From NCBI GenBank assembly GCA_019894975.1, contig JAGXNO010000021.1, positions 1 through 59,860 on the forward strand: a stretch of DNA of 59,860 nucleotides, given 5' to 3'. Shown piece after piece: positions 41,295-52,605 of the stretch (position 1 is the stretch's first letter; each line of letters starts with the position of its first letter). This DNA is from Promethearchaeota archaeon (GTDB lineage Archaea; Asgardarchaeota; Lokiarchaeia; Sigyniarchaeales; SOKP01). The translations under genes were made by a program, and so were the position numbers. The notes beneath the pieces were generated by a model. That model did not search any database. It saw only the letters and a list, made by a program, of their open reading frames with translations, and had not been told where the DNA came from.

Positions 41295-43124
41295 TTAGGA
41301 AGTTCCTTCAGTTTGTTTTGACTTAATTTCGTCTAAGAATTCATACGATTGATGCCTGAAATACGTATTATATAATCTAGCATAATATCCGTTTTTTTGT
41401 AAAAGAGTTTCATGATTACCCTCCTCTACAATTTTTCCATGATCGAGTACAATTATTCGATCTACATGCCTAACAGTAGTAAGTCTATGAGCAATAACAA
41501 TAGTAGTTCGTCCTTGCATAACTTTTTCCATAGCCTCTTGAATTTGTAGCTCTGTAAAAGGATCAACAGAAGCAGTTGCTTCATCCAATATTAAGATTGA
41601 TGGATTCTGCAATAAAACCCTAGCAAATACAACTAATTGTCGTTGTCCCATCGATAACACTTTCCCTCTCTCTAGGATAAATGTCTCAATCCCATTATCA
41701 AGATGTTGAACCCAATCCATACCACCTGATTGCTCTAGAGCCCATATTACTTCTTCTCTTGTTGCATTTGGTGAGCCATATTTGACATTATTCTCAATCG
41801 TGTCTGCCCAGAGGAATGGTACCTGAGGTATAAATCCAACTGATCTCCTAAATTCTGAAAGTGAAATATCTCGTATACTATGGCCATCTATACGAACATC
41901 TCCAGACTGGAACTCGTATAAACGTAATAAAACCTTAGTTAAGCTAGATTTACCCGCACCCGTATGTCCTACAATAGCAACGGTCTCTCCGGGCTGAAGG
42001 TTTAAATTAAAATCATCGAATACAGGGTGTCCTGGGACATATTCAAATTTTAGATCTTCAAACTCAATTTTTCCTTTTATTGAATCTAAGACATGATCCC
42101 CTTGCTTAATATATGATTGGGAGTCTTGTAGTGCAAAGATTCTTTCTGCAGCTGATAATCCTTCTTGAAATTGAGGCCAAAAACTAGCAATTTGAAGCAA
42201 AGGTTGGAATAAAATTAAAGAGCTTTGAAGGAACAGATAAATATCTGATCCACTTAGTACTCCTTGTATGATAAAATTGCCCCCAAAAAAGATAAGTAAA
42301 GCATATAAAACAGCAATAAGAAAATCTAAACTCGGAAAGAGAATAGACAAATATAAAGCCCTACTCATATTCACTCTATATGATTGATTATTAATTGCTT
42401 CAAAATTATTGAATTGGCTGGATTCTTGACGAAAGCTCTTTATTATTTGAATACCTGCCATTGATTCCTGTACAAATGCATTCACTTGTGCTAAAGAACG
42501 TTGACCATACACAGATTTCCTCCTTGAAACCTTTCGAAAAGAGAGTGTAAACACAAATACTATAGGAACCATTATCATAAATACACCTGTTAATAGGGGA
42601 CTTATAAAGATCATAGGTATGATTACAATTATTAACATTAAAAATGAGGCAATTAAGTCCGTAAACATTGTAATTGAACCACCGAACTTCTGTCCATCTG
42701 AATTTATTCTACTTACTACTCTCCCAGTTGGATATTTATCAAAGAAAGAAAGATCTTGTTCAAGAACTCTTAAATTGGTTTGTCTACGTAAATTATAGCA
42801 AACACCATAAACCATACGATTCGCGGTACGCCTGTTTACATAGTTGAAAAGATATCCTAACGAATTTATAAGTAAAGTAGTAATAATAAACAAAATTAAA
42901 ATGAATGGATCTGAATTCAATTCAAGTTGTTTTATGATTAAACTCATTAAAAAAGGAGTTAAACCATAAGTAATTGATGAAAGTACAAGGAAAGTAATTA
43001 CAATTATCATTTGACGTCTATGGGGTCTGAATAATTTTACTACTCTTGTAAATAATTCTCTATCTGAATAAATTCTATCATAACCTTCTTCGCCCAATCC
43101 AAAATATCCCATTTTTCCTGCCAT
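41295..43124 (-). CDS. ABC exporter subunit (TMD+NBD)
   Basis: GHTGAGKS, LSMGQRQ and LILDEATA. Confidence 0.93.
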   Translation of the reverse strand: MAGKMGYFGLGEEGYDRIYSDRELFTRVVKLFRPHRRQMIIVITFLVLSSITYGLTPFLMSLIIKQLELNSDPFILILFIITTLLINSLGYLFNYVNRRTANRMVYGVCYNLRRQTNLRVLEQDLSFFDKYPTGRVVSRINSDGQKFGGSITMFTDLIASFLMLIIVIIPMIFISPLLTGVFMIMVPIVFVFTLSFRKVSRRKSVYGQRSLAQVNAFVQESMAGIQIIKSFRQESSQFNNFEAINNQSYRVNMSRALYLSILFPSLDFLIAVLYALLIFFGGNFIIQGVLSGSDIYLFLQSSLILFQPLLQIASFWPQFQEGLSAAERIFALQDSQSYIKQGDHVLDSIKGKIEFEDLKFEYVPGHPVFDDFNLNLQPGETVAIVGHTGAGKSSLTKVLLRLYEFQSGDVRIDGHSIRDISLSEFRRSVGFIPQVPFLWADTIENNVKYGSPNATREEVIWALEQSGGMDWVQHLDNGIETFILERGKVLSMGQRQLVVFARVLLQNPSILILDEATASVDPFTELQIQEAMEKVMQGRTTIVIAHRLTTVRHVDRIIVLDHGKIVEEGNHETLLQKNGYYARLYNTYFRHQSYEFLDEIKSKQTEGTS

Positions 43125-43129
43125 CTTAA

Positions 43130-44959
43130 TTATTCTCCTCCTAAAAGTTCATTTAACGATTTATCAAAACGTTTTATAAAGATTTTTTGGTATTCCTCTG
43201 AATTTTTTAGTAAATATTCATGTGATCCTTGATTAACAATTTCACCCTGACTTAATACTAATATTAAATCGGCCCATCTAATCTGAGAAAGTCTATGAGT
43301 TATTATAAAGGTAGTCCTTCCCTTTAAAATCTTAAACATCGCCTTTTGGATTCTTTCTTCGGTTTCTGAATCTATTGCAGAGCTCGAATCATCTAAAATT
43401 AATATCTTTGGTTCTGTAAGGAAAGCACGGGCAATCGCAACTCGTTGACGTTCTCCTCCACTTAGTTGTACCCCTCTTTCACCTACCTCTGTTTGATACA
43501 TATCTGGTAAATCTTCAATAAATTGATGAGCTTGTGCTTCCCGTGCGACAGCTATTACTTGTTCTTCGGAAGTTTCTCGTCCAAAAGAAATATTGTCAAA
43601 AAGTGAATCCGAAAAGATGAAAATGTCCTGCTCAATGTAAGCAATTTGGTCGCGAAGAGATTGTAGAGAATAGTTTCTTACGTCAATCCCATCTATTAAA
43701 ATTCGACCCGTATTAACATCATAAAGACGTGAAATCAATTTGGTCAGGGTAGTTTTCCCAGATCCTGTTGTTCCCACTATTGCTACAGTTTGTCCTTCTG
43801 AAACTTCAAAATTAATCTTTTTTAATACTTTATTTTGAGTACCGGGATAAGAGAAAGTAACATCTTCAAATTTGATTGTACCCCCTATCTCTTTAGATAT
43901 CGCATCTTCGGAATCGTAAATTTCTGATTTCGTATTCATAATTTCTAAAAGCCTCCTTGCGCCTACCATCCCTTCTTGTACCATTAGAAATGACCTGATC
44001 GAAGCATTAACAGGAAATCGTAACCGTAATAATAATCCCACTATACCAAGAATATCACCAATAGATATTATTGCTCTATCGTAGAATACAGTGATTGTTA
44101 AACCTAAAGTAACTGTAACAGAAAGAAGTAAGATTGGAAGATACTTTGCTTGTATATCTCCTTGTTCAACACCCGCATCTCGATAACTTTGAGCACTATC
44201 CCTATATTTTTCAACACTATCCTCTTCTTGAGCCATAGATTTTACAACTTCGATACCGCTCAAGGATTCATTTAACACAGTGTTCATAAAACCGAAGGCA
44301 ATTCTCCGGGCTATTGTTGGAGGTGCCAATTTCTTTAGAAATTTTCTAAGGTATACAATAAAAATAACGCTAAATATTATCGGGATCAAAATTAATTCAA
44401 GTCTATATTCGGCACCAATTAGATAGATTGGCATAATTAGATTAATTACAGCATCCAAAATCATGGCTAAGGCTGGTGATATTAAAAAATTTAAAAATCT
44501 TACATCATTCGTCGCTCTTGCCATTATGTCACCTATTCTTTGATTATCATGGAAAGATTGGCTTTTACCTAGCAAACTTAAGTAAAATTCCCTACGCACA
44601 TCTCGTTCTATTCTCTGTGCAACAATTTCTCGAAACGTTCTTGCTAATAATCCCGCTAATGGGGTTCCCAATCCAAGAAATAATACAATGAATGTATAGC
44701 TAACCACTTGGTCAGATGTACCCCCAGGAAAAGTATCTATCGCTTTCCCGAATACAACATAAATATACGAGCCAAAAAATGATGTTAAAATAATTAAAGT
44801 GAAGAATAATACCATTAAATATTTATTCGACTTATAAAAAATATGCTTTATTACCCAGCGGCCTGTACCCTTGCGCTTAGCCTTTAAAAAATCATCCTCT
44901 TCGAAGTTAAACTCAGAATCGTTTCTTAGATTTTGATCATGTAAATTCTGATTTTTCAA
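43130..44959 (-). CDS. ABC exporter subunit (TMD+NBD), heterodimer partner with degenerate Walker B
   Basis: GTTGSGKT, LSGGERQ and LILDDSSS. Confidence 0.93.
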   Translation of the reverse strand: MKNQNLHDQNLRNDSEFNFEEDDFLKAKRKGTGRWVIKHIFYKSNKYLMVLFFTLIILTSFFGSYIYVVFGKAIDTFPGGTSDQVVSYTFIVLFLGLGTPLAGLLARTFREIVAQRIERDVRREFYLSLLGKSQSFHDNQRIGDIMARATNDVRFLNFLISPALAMILDAVINLIMPIYLIGAEYRLELILIPIIFSVIFIVYLRKFLKKLAPPTIARRIAFGFMNTVLNESLSGIEVVKSMAQEEDSVEKYRDSAQSYRDAGVEQGDIQAKYLPILLLSVTVTLGLTITVFYDRAIISIGDILGIVGLLLRLRFPVNASIRSFLMVQEGMVGARRLLEIMNTKSEIYDSEDAISKEIGGTIKFEDVTFSYPGTQNKVLKKINFEVSEGQTVAIVGTTGSGKTTLTKLISRLYDVNTGRILIDGIDVRNYSLQSLRDQIAYIEQDIFIFSDSLFDNISFGRETSEEQVIAVAREAQAHQFIEDLPDMYQTEVGERGVQLSGGERQRVAIARAFLTEPKILILDDSSSAIDSETEERIQKAMFKILKGRTTFIITHRLSQIRWADLILVLSQGEIVNQGSHEYLLKNSEEYQKIFIKRFDKSLNELLGGE

Positions 44960-45148
44960 ATAGCCATAGCCTCAAGCTAAAATAAATTCTGAATAAATTA
45001 TAATAGTAAAAGAATTGAAGAAATTAAGTTTTTCGATTAGTTTTTAGTTTGATATTTTGATAAAAACAAATTTTGAATTTCATAAGATTTAACACTGAAT
45101 GTAACTCTTAAATACATAATTTTCATTAGAAATTGTGGTATTGGTATT

Positions 45149-46153
45149 ATGGTTTCCAAAATTCTAATTACGGGGAGTACAGGCTTTGTAGGGATCCCAC
45201 TAGTACAAAAACTTCATGAATTAGGTCATCAGCTGAAATTATTGGTTAGAGAAAGTAGTGATATTACCCCTTTTGAAGGACTAAAAAATATTGAGTATAT
45301 AACGGGGGATGTTAGAGATATGAAAAGTTTATATGGGGCAGTAGATGGCGTTGATTTAATCTATCATTTAGCTGCATATACTCGGATGTGGGCAAGAGAC
45401 AAATCAGTTTTCGAAGATACTAATATTAAAGGTGCAACGAATATTGCAAAAATTGCACTTGAAAAAGAAATTAGACTTATCTACATCAGCTCTTTTATTG
45501 CACTTGGTGCGACGCCAATCGAACCAGTTGATGAATTGTTTGAAAGTGAAGAAGGTTTACTGCTGGATTATGCAAAAACTAAATTTCAAGTTAAGAAAGT
45601 AGTTAAGGACTATATTAGTAAAGGCTTAAATGCAATAATTTTTTATCCTGGTATAATTTATGGTCCAGGAGATTTTAATATTTTTGGTCAAACTATTTTA
45701 GATATCACTAGAAAGAAATTTCTAGGTTGTCCCGGAAGAGGTGAAGCTATAGGGAGTTTTGTTTATATAAAGGACGTTGTTGATGGGTTTGTAAGTGTAA
45801 TTGAAAGGGATGACTTAAATGGCGAAGAATTCATTCTTGGTGGAGTAAATATAAAATTTGGGGATTGGATTAACATGATTTCTGAGATTGCGGGAAATAA
45901 GAAAAAACCTCGCCATTTTCCAATGAGCTTAGCTAAATTTTATGGCTGGCTATGTGAAGTTAAAACGAAAATAACTAAAAAGATGCCCTATACCAACAGA
46001 CCTACTGTAAAAATGATTAATCATAATTGGTCTTATTCCTCAGATAAAGCCATAAACCGGTTAAATTATAAAATTACTCCATTAGCAGTTGGCTTACCAG
46101 AAACAATTTCATGGTATAGAGAATATTCTGAATCTCAAAATAAATTAAAATAA
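45149..46153 (+). CDS. NAD-dependent epimerase/dehydratase (extended SDR)
   Basis: TGSTGFVG, HLAA and YAKTK. Confidence 0.88.
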   Translation: MVSKILITGSTGFVGIPLVQKLHELGHQLKLLVRESSDITPFEGLKNIEYITGDVRDMKSLYGAVDGVDLIYHLAAYTRMWARDKSVFEDTNIKGATNIAKIALEKEIRLIYISSFIALGATPIEPVDELFESEEGLLLDYAKTKFQVKKVVKDYISKGLNAIIFYPGIIYGPGDFNIFGQTILDITRKKFLGCPGRGEAIGSFVYIKDVVDGFVSVIERDDLNGEEFILGGVNIKFGDWINMISEIAGNKKKPRHFPMSLAKFYGWLCEVKTKITKKMPYTNRPTVKMINHNWSYSSDKAINRLNYKITPLAVGLPETISWYREYSESQNKLK

Positions 46154-46177
46154 ATAAAAAAATTTGCTGAAATAAAT

Positions 46178-47677
46178 ATGAAATTAGATATTTTAGATAA
46201 ATATACTGGAGAATTAATAGATTCTCTTGAAGCCGATACAGAGGAAACAATAAAAGAAAAGATACAGAGAACTGCCAAATGGGAATATAAACTATTAAAT
46301 ACAACTCTTGATGAAAGGCTTGATACAATAAAAGATATTGCTAAAGTTCTAATAAAAGACAAAGAAAAAATTAAAAAAATAATTGTGGCAGAGGGAGGAC
46401 TTCCTGTTAAGTATTCCGAATGGGAATTCCAGATGATAACAAAAGCATATAACAATATTGATTGGTTGCTTGAGAGTGGTATCTTTCCTCTTAATGACGA
46501 AACGATTCCAGATTTAGATACTAATAAAATTTCAATAATAAAAAAGCAACCAATGGGTTTAACGATTGGAATAACACCTAGGAATACTCCCATGAGTTTG
46601 CCAATGTACTTTTGGGGGGCGAGTTTTTTAACTGGAAATCCTGCTATAATTAAACCTTCTACAGCATGTCCTTTAACTATGAAATATTGTATAGATCAAA
46701 TCAAAGCAAGCGATTTTCCTTTTAACGATGCTTATGATTTAGTCATTAGTCCAGGAGATTTTGCTACAAAAGTATTTATTGAATCAAATTTAGTGAAAAA
46801 TATTGTTTGCGTAGCTTCTTCACATACTGCTAAGCAAATTTTAATTGATTATGCGGATTTCTTGAAAAAAAACATAAAAAAATATCTAGGCATAAATATG
46901 ATCACTCAACCTTTCAAAAATTTTGTTTTTGAATGTGCAGGCAACGATGCGGGAATAGTTATGCCTGGTGTCAATTTAGAGTTAGTTGCTAAATGGAACA
47001 TAATCGCTTCTTACACAAATTCAGGACAACAATGTTTTTCAATGAAAAGAATTATTGTTCATGAAGATATCTATGATGATTATATTGAATTACTGCAAAA
47101 AGAGATTGAAAAATTGAAAATGGGAGATCCTCGAGATCCTCAAACAGATTTAGGGCCTCTTGGTTCTCGTCGAATTTTAATGATGATGGAAGTAATGGTT
47201 AGTGAAGCACAAGAACATAAAGGAGTTAAAGTTTTATGCGGTGCTGAAAAAATAGATACAGGAAAAAGTTATGGACTATTTTATAAACCAACCTTAGTTG
47301 AAATTCCAAGAGAAAATATACTTAATTTTGATAAAGCTCCATTTTTATGGCGGGAAGAAGCTTTTGGACCAGTAAGAAGTATAACCAAAGCTAATAGCCT
47401 TGAAGATGCCATTTTTCTGGCAAACCATTCCAATTACGGGATGAGAGCAGTTGTATATACCCCATCTGAGCATATTGAAAAATTTTCTACGGAATTACAA
47501 GCGGGAAGTTTATATATAAATTCAGAACCAATGCAAGCTAACATAAGTACGGCATTAGGTGGTTGGAAGGATAGTTCTTATCCACCTGGGATAAAATATT
47601 ATCCTCAAGAAATGGTTCAAACCAAAATCATCTATAATGGTTCAGAAAAAATGGCAAAACAATTATTTAATTCCTAG
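46178..47677 (+). CDS. Aldehyde dehydrogenase family protein
   Basis: IKPS, NSGQQC catalytic Cys, EEAFGPV and ANHSNYG. Confidence 0.88.
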   Translation: MKLDILDKYTGELIDSLEADTEETIKEKIQRTAKWEYKLLNTTLDERLDTIKDIAKVLIKDKEKIKKIIVAEGGLPVKYSEWEFQMITKAYNNIDWLLESGIFPLNDETIPDLDTNKISIIKKQPMGLTIGITPRNTPMSLPMYFWGASFLTGNPAIIKPSTACPLTMKYCIDQIKASDFPFNDAYDLVISPGDFATKVFIESNLVKNIVCVASSHTAKQILIDYADFLKKNIKKYLGINMITQPFKNFVFECAGNDAGIVMPGVNLELVAKWNIIASYTNSGQQCFSMKRIIVHEDIYDDYIELLQKEIEKLKMGDPRDPQTDLGPLGSRRILMMMEVMVSEAQEHKGVKVLCGAEKIDTGKSYGLFYKPTLVEIPRENILNFDKAPFLWREEAFGPVRSITKANSLEDAIFLANHSNYGMRAVVYTPSEHIEKFSTELQAGSLYINSEPMQANISTALGGWKDSSYPPGIKYYPQEMVQTKIIYNGSEKMAKQLFNS

Positions 47678-48423
47678 ACGTATCCAACCAGTTCTTTTAA
47701 ACTCTTAATTACTTTAACGTCTTTAATTTCCTTATCTAGTGTATTCGTATTTAGTAATACTTTTTCTGTATTATAATCATATAATAGTTCATCTTCAGTG
47801 TCAACTTTACGCTGGATTAAAATTGGAAGTATTTTTGCTCTTACCGCAGCGGTCACATCATCTCTTGTATCTCCAATATAACACACTTCATTAGGTTTTA
47901 AATTGGTTTGCTTGAGGGCAAATGAAAAAATTGATGGATCTGGTTTTTTAACACCAACTTCACTGGAGATAATAATGGAATCGAAAAAATGTTTAAGTTT
48001 ATGTTCAGATAATATTGAATAAATGTGAGGGTAGTGATCAAAATTAGAGATTAATGCAAGAGTTTTTGTTTTTTTAAGAGTATTTAATACAGAGACAGTA
48101 TCTGGATCTAAGGGGACGTATTTTTGCCAAGCGTTTACTGCTTCTTGTGAAATTCTTCTTATTTCATTCTCTTTTACATCTAAACCTAATTCATTTGTTA
48201 AACCATAAATTCTCTGCTCAAAAATAGTCAAATCTAGATTACTATAATTTGGTTCAGATTTACTCATAATACCATTACATTTAATCGCAAATGATTCTTT
48301 TGTTTCTTTGTAACCACAATTCCTTAAGTTATTATATAAAACTGACAACCAATCTTCCCAGGCTTTCCGGCTATTAGTATAGATCAATAAAGTACCGAAA
48401 AGATCGAAAAAAACCCCTTGCAT
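47674..48423 (-). CDS. HAD-superfamily hydrolase
   Basis: FDLFGTL, ISN, KPDP and IGD; start at MQGVFF avoids the overlap. Confidence 0.88.
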   Translation of the reverse strand: MQGVFFDLFGTLLIYTNSRKAWEDWLSVLYNNLRNCGYKETKESFAIKCNGIMSKSEPNYSNLDLTIFEQRIYGLTNELGLDVKENEIRRISQEAVNAWQKYVPLDPDTVSVLNTLKKTKTLALISNFDHYPHIYSILSEHKLKHFFDSIIISSEVGVKKPDPSIFSFALKQTNLKPNEVCYIGDTRDDVTAAVRAKILPILIQRKVDTEDELLYDYNTEKVLLNTNTLDKEIKDVKVIKSLKELVGYV

Positions 48424-48528
48424 GACTAAATTCTCTTTAGAATAGATGTTGATTATATTGCAAATAAAGCAAGTTTTATATTTTTTCTCAACAGATTTAA
48501 ATATAATAAAAAAAAAGTGGATGAAATA

Positions 48529-49959
48529 ATGAATAAAGAAGATATTTGCTTTATGCCTGCTTATGAGATGGCAGAAAAAATTAGATCGCAAGAAATAACT
48601 TCACTAGAAATCACAGAAACAATAATTGAAAGAATCGAAAGGATAAATCCAATTTTAAATGCTTACTGTACTACTACATTCGATCTAGCAAGAGCAATGG
48701 CTAAAAGGGCTGATGAATCAGTAAAAAAAGGTGAGAAATTAGGATTACTAAATGGAATTCCTACTTCAATTAAAGACTTGATGGATACAAAGGGTATATT
48801 AACAACTCATGGATCAAAATTACATGAAGATTTTATCCCTGAGCAGAATGACATTGCTGTCCAAAGGTTACTTGACGCGGGGGGAGTAATGCTTGGTAAA
48901 ACAAATACCCCTGAGTTTGGTCATATTGCACTTACTAACAATAAAATCTTCGGGGAAACAAAAAATCCATGGAATGCAGAGATGAACTCTGGAGGTTCTA
49001 GCGGAGGTGCTGCTTCATCTGTAGCAGGGGGTTTAGGTCCTTTAGCGTTAGGTTCTGATGGTGGAGGGTCAATAAGAGTTCCCAGCAGCTGTTGTGGTGT
49101 CTATGGGTTAAAACCTACTTATGGACGCATTCCAAGTTATCCCCGTATAGGTATACATTTTATAACAATGGATCATTATGGTCCACTTGTCCGATATGTA
49201 GAAGATGCAGCCTTAATGTTGAATGTTATGAAAGGGTATCACCCTGCGGATCCTAATTCATTCCCAGATGATACTATAGATTATTTAGAAATCTTAAATG
49301 AAAAACCTAAAAAATTAAAAATAGGTTATTCTACAACTTTAGGATTTGGCAAGATTTTGGATGATGAGGTTAAAAATAATGTTCTTGATAGAGTTCAAAT
49401 GTTTGAGCAATTTGGATGGGATGTAGAAGAAGCAAAAATTAAGATAAGAAATCCTGATACAGCATTCAAGACACTAGTTAGTATAGGGTATGCCTACGAT
49501 CTTCAAAAAGATTTTAATAATAGACTTGAAGATCTCAGCCCAGATTTAGTTAATACTATAAGATTAGGATTAGATAATAACTCTATGAATATTGGAAAAG
49601 CAAAAGAAAAAAGAAAAAAATTGTACGAGGTGCTTTTCAGATATTTTATGGAGTATGATATTCTGATTACTCCAACAATTCCATGTCCAGCTTTTAAACC
49701 AGGTTGGTTAGACTCAGGGACGGTTTTTCCAATAATTGGTAAAAAAGCATTAAATATCACAACTTGGATGACATTTACATACCCATTTAATATGACGGGT
49801 TTACCCGCTGCTTCAATCCCATCTGGATGGACTAATTCCGGATTGCCGATTGGTATGCAAATCGTGGGTAAACGTTATGATGAAAAAACTGTGCTTCAAG
49901 TTTCGAAAGCGTTTGAAGAAGTAGCTCCTTGGCAAGATAAAAGACCAAAGTTTAATTAA
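48529..49959 (+). CDS. Amidase signature family protein
   Basis: GKTNTPEF, GGSSGG and GSDGGGSIRVPS. Confidence 0.92.
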   Translation: MNKEDICFMPAYEMAEKIRSQEITSLEITETIIERIERINPILNAYCTTTFDLARAMAKRADESVKKGEKLGLLNGIPTSIKDLMDTKGILTTHGSKLHEDFIPEQNDIAVQRLLDAGGVMLGKTNTPEFGHIALTNNKIFGETKNPWNAEMNSGGSSGGAASSVAGGLGPLALGSDGGGSIRVPSSCCGVYGLKPTYGRIPSYPRIGIHFITMDHYGPLVRYVEDAALMLNVMKGYHPADPNSFPDDTIDYLEILNEKPKKLKIGYSTTLGFGKILDDEVKNNVLDRVQMFEQFGWDVEEAKIKIRNPDTAFKTLVSIGYAYDLQKDFNNRLEDLSPDLVNTIRLGLDNNSMNIGKAKEKRKKLYEVLFRYFMEYDILITPTIPCPAFKPGWLDSGTVFPIIGKKALNITTWMTFTYPFNMTGLPAASIPSGWTNSGLPIGMQIVGKRYDEKTVLQVSKAFEEVAPWQDKRPKFN

Positions 49960-49991
49960 TTTTTTTTAATTTCTTTCTTTTTCTTAAAAAA

Positions 49992-51071
49992 CTATGATCT
50001 CGAAGTAGTAATATAAGAGGAATCGCCTATTGTTATTCTTTTCTTGATTAGATCTTCTAAAACCGAATAATCCCCAATAATACTTTCTGAAGAAATAATC
50101 TTCTTTAAGTTAGCACCATCCCCAATCACGCAATCAGATAAGATACATTTATTTAAAGTAACGTTATCACCAATAGATACATTAGGACCAACAACAGAAT
50201 CGCTAATTTTTGTTCCCTTTCCAATAAATACAGGGGAGACTATTTTGGAATCTACAATATCACCGGATTGAACCAATTTCTCATAAGTAGGATCTTTTAA
50301 ATTTGTTTCGGATAGTAAAAGACGATTTCCCGCTAACAAACTATCTGGTCTTCCAAAATCTAGAATTTCTCTTTTCATCTCATTGACTTTAAATTTAAAT
50401 CCTTCGTCGATAAGTTGTTGAATAACGGGGGTTATCGCATGTTCCTGACCGTTTGCTAATGGTTTTTTGTGTTGAGCTTCTAATAATTCAAATAAACGGG
50501 GAGTAATACTCATTCCAAATAAATAGGCTCCTGATACTGCATAATTTGACTTAGGATTTTTAGGTTTTTCTTCAATACTTTTAATATTTTTATTTTCATC
50601 TAATTCCGTTACACCATAATACTCGGGATTATCTACATGTTTCACATTTATTACGCCATCGCATATATCTTGATGAAAGTTTAATAAAATTTGTGAATGA
50701 TCCTCCATAGGAAGTCTATCACTGAGAAATATGAAAATTTCATCATTTTCAGCAAATTCTTTAGCGAGTAATATTGCATCTCCTAATCCACTAAAAAAGG
50801 GAGTATCTGCTTCATAACCGAGTGGTTTTTGTTCTATAAAATGGAGATTAAAATAATCTGAATGGTTTTTTTTAAGATATTCTGTTATTTGTCTTTTTTT
50901 ATATCCAACAATAAAACAAATATCTGTGTCTTTTGGAAAGGTCTTCTTCAATTTTATAAGAATATGATCAATTAATCTTTTCCCTGCTACTTTTAAGAAT
51001 GCCTTCGGTTTAGAATAAGTAAAAGGTTGTAATCTTTTCCCAACACCAGCAATAGGACAAATAAGCCACAT
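49992..51071 (-). CDS. Glucose-1-phosphate thymidylyltransferase-like nucleotidyltransferase with LbH tail
   Basis: AGVGKRLQP..PKA, EEKP and hexapeptide repeats. Confidence 0.88.
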   Translation of the reverse strand: MWLICPIAGVGKRLQPFTYSKPKAFLKVAGKRLIDHILIKLKKTFPKDTDICFIVGYKKRQITEYLKKNHSDYFNLHFIEQKPLGYEADTPFFSGLGDAILLAKEFAENDEIFIFLSDRLPMEDHSQILLNFHQDICDGVINVKHVDNPEYYGVTELDENKNIKSIEEKPKNPKSNYAVSGAYLFGMSITPRLFELLEAQHKKPLANGQEHAITPVIQQLIDEGFKFKVNEMKREILDFGRPDSLLAGNRLLLSETNLKDPTYEKLVQSGDIVDSKIVSPVFIGKGTKISDSVVGPNVSIGDNVTLNKCILSDCVIGDGANLKKIISSESIIGDYSVLEDLIKKRITIGDSSYITTSRS

Positions 51072-51153
51072 CTAAATTCATCTAGCGTAATAATTTGTAT
51101 AAAGAATATAAAAATGTATAAAATTTAAATTATTTTGAATTTTTCTCGAAGTT

Positions 51154-51690
51154 TTACAGTAAATTTAGTATCTTTTCTAAAATCTCATAATATTTCGACT
51201 CATTGAGTTTTTCTTGGACAGTTTTCTTTAGTTTCCTTAGATAGTAATTATCAGAATTTGTTCTTGTTGTCCCATTAATCTTCTTATTTATTGCTATCCT
51301 TGTTTTCTCATCCAAAAAGTTAAGAGGAATCTTTTTATAATCTTCTTTCAATTTTTTCTTTGAATTTGAATCTTCTTTTCCTGAAATATGCTCTGAAACT
51401 TTTAAATGCATATTCTTAATCCATGTTTCGATTTTATCAATATCTCCTTTTAAATATGTCCTTTGGTTTAACCATTCTTTAAATTCAAGGATTTCATCAA
51501 TAAATTTATCACTCTCTTCAGATTCGATAGATTTTTGCTCATTTTTCATAACTATATTTCTGATTTTTTTTTTCTTTAGTTCCTTAACTTCGCCTTCAGA
51601 AAGGTTTTTGAATGCTTTCTCTTTTCTAATCCTTTCTTCCTTTGAGTCCTCCTCAGAAAGCCATTTATCAATTGACATCTTTTTTCTCAT
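51154..51690 (-). CDS. Hypothetical protein
   Basis: 178-aa charged ORF. Confidence 0.6.
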   Translation of the reverse strand: MRKKMSIDKWLSEEDSKEERIRKEKAFKNLSEGEVKELKKKKIRNIVMKNEQKSIESEESDKFIDEILEFKEWLNQRTYLKGDIDKIETWIKNMHLKVSEHISGKEDSNSKKKLKEDYKKIPLNFLDEKTRIAINKKINGTTRTNSDNYYLRKLKKTVQEKLNESKYYEILEKILNLL

Positions 51691-51808
51691 TTATTATAAA
51701 TGATTTTGTTAATAATTTGTTTTTTATTAAGTATTTAACAGAAACTAAAGCTGTAATAACATTAGCGATAAATTAAAATTGAGAATCAATTTCTAATATA
51801 ATTATACA

Positions 51809-52579
51809 ATGTCGATTAAAGGAATAATTTTTGACTATGGATTTACTCTGTTTCATTTTGATAATCCTTCAGTGGAAAGATATTATGAATGTTTTAAAAA
51901 TGGTTTGTTAAAATCCGTTGAATTGTTAAAAAAGAAGCGTATTTGGAATGATAAACTAACAGATGAATTACTTATACAAAGATTTTCAAAGAAACGAGAG
52001 CAATATTGGAGAGAGAGTAGAAAAACGAAAAAAGAATTTCCAACCTCTTTTATATATAAGGAAGTGCTTGAATCTCTACAAGAAGAGAATTTAATAGACA
52101 AAATTGATCACCTCGATGAAGTAGCATATGAAAAATTGGCTGAAATATATCACTCCTTTGAGCAAAAAGAATGGAAACCTTTTCCTCAGACAAAAGAAAC
52201 GCTAGAAAAACTATCAAAGTATGAAGATATAAAGCTGGCCGTTTTATCTAACCACCCTAACCATACAATGATTGAAAATTCGTTAAAAGAGTATAATCTT
52301 TTTACATACTTCGATGCTATTGTTACTTCTGCTAAGTTTGGTAAAAGAAAACCTGATCCAGAAATCTTTTATTATACTTTAGAACAAATGGGCTTAACAA
52401 TAAATAATGAATGTCTCGTATGCGGAGATGAATACGCTGACGTAGTAGGGGGCGATAGAGCTGGTATGCAAACCATTCTGTGCGAAAGAAAATATAAATT
52501 TCCCTTTGAGAGAGAGCTAGATGTACAAGATTTGATAAGAATTGATGATATTTCTGAAATTTTAAAACATTTGGACTAA
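51809..52579 (+). CDS. HAD-superfamily hydrolase
   Basis: FDYGFTL, LSN, KPDPEIF and GD..AD..G. Confidence 0.85.
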   Translation: MSIKGIIFDYGFTLFHFDNPSVERYYECFKNGLLKSVELLKKKRIWNDKLTDELLIQRFSKKREQYWRESRKTKKEFPTSFIYKEVLESLQEENLIDKIDHLDEVAYEKLAEIYHSFEQKEWKPFPQTKETLEKLSKYEDIKLAVLSNHPNHTMIENSLKEYNLFTYFDAIVTSAKFGKRKPDPEIFYYTLEQMGLTINNECLVCGDEYADVVGGDRAGMQTILCERKYKFPFERELDVQDLIRIDDISEILKHLD

Positions 52580-52605
52580 TTAAACATGCAATAAATAAGT
52601 TAATA

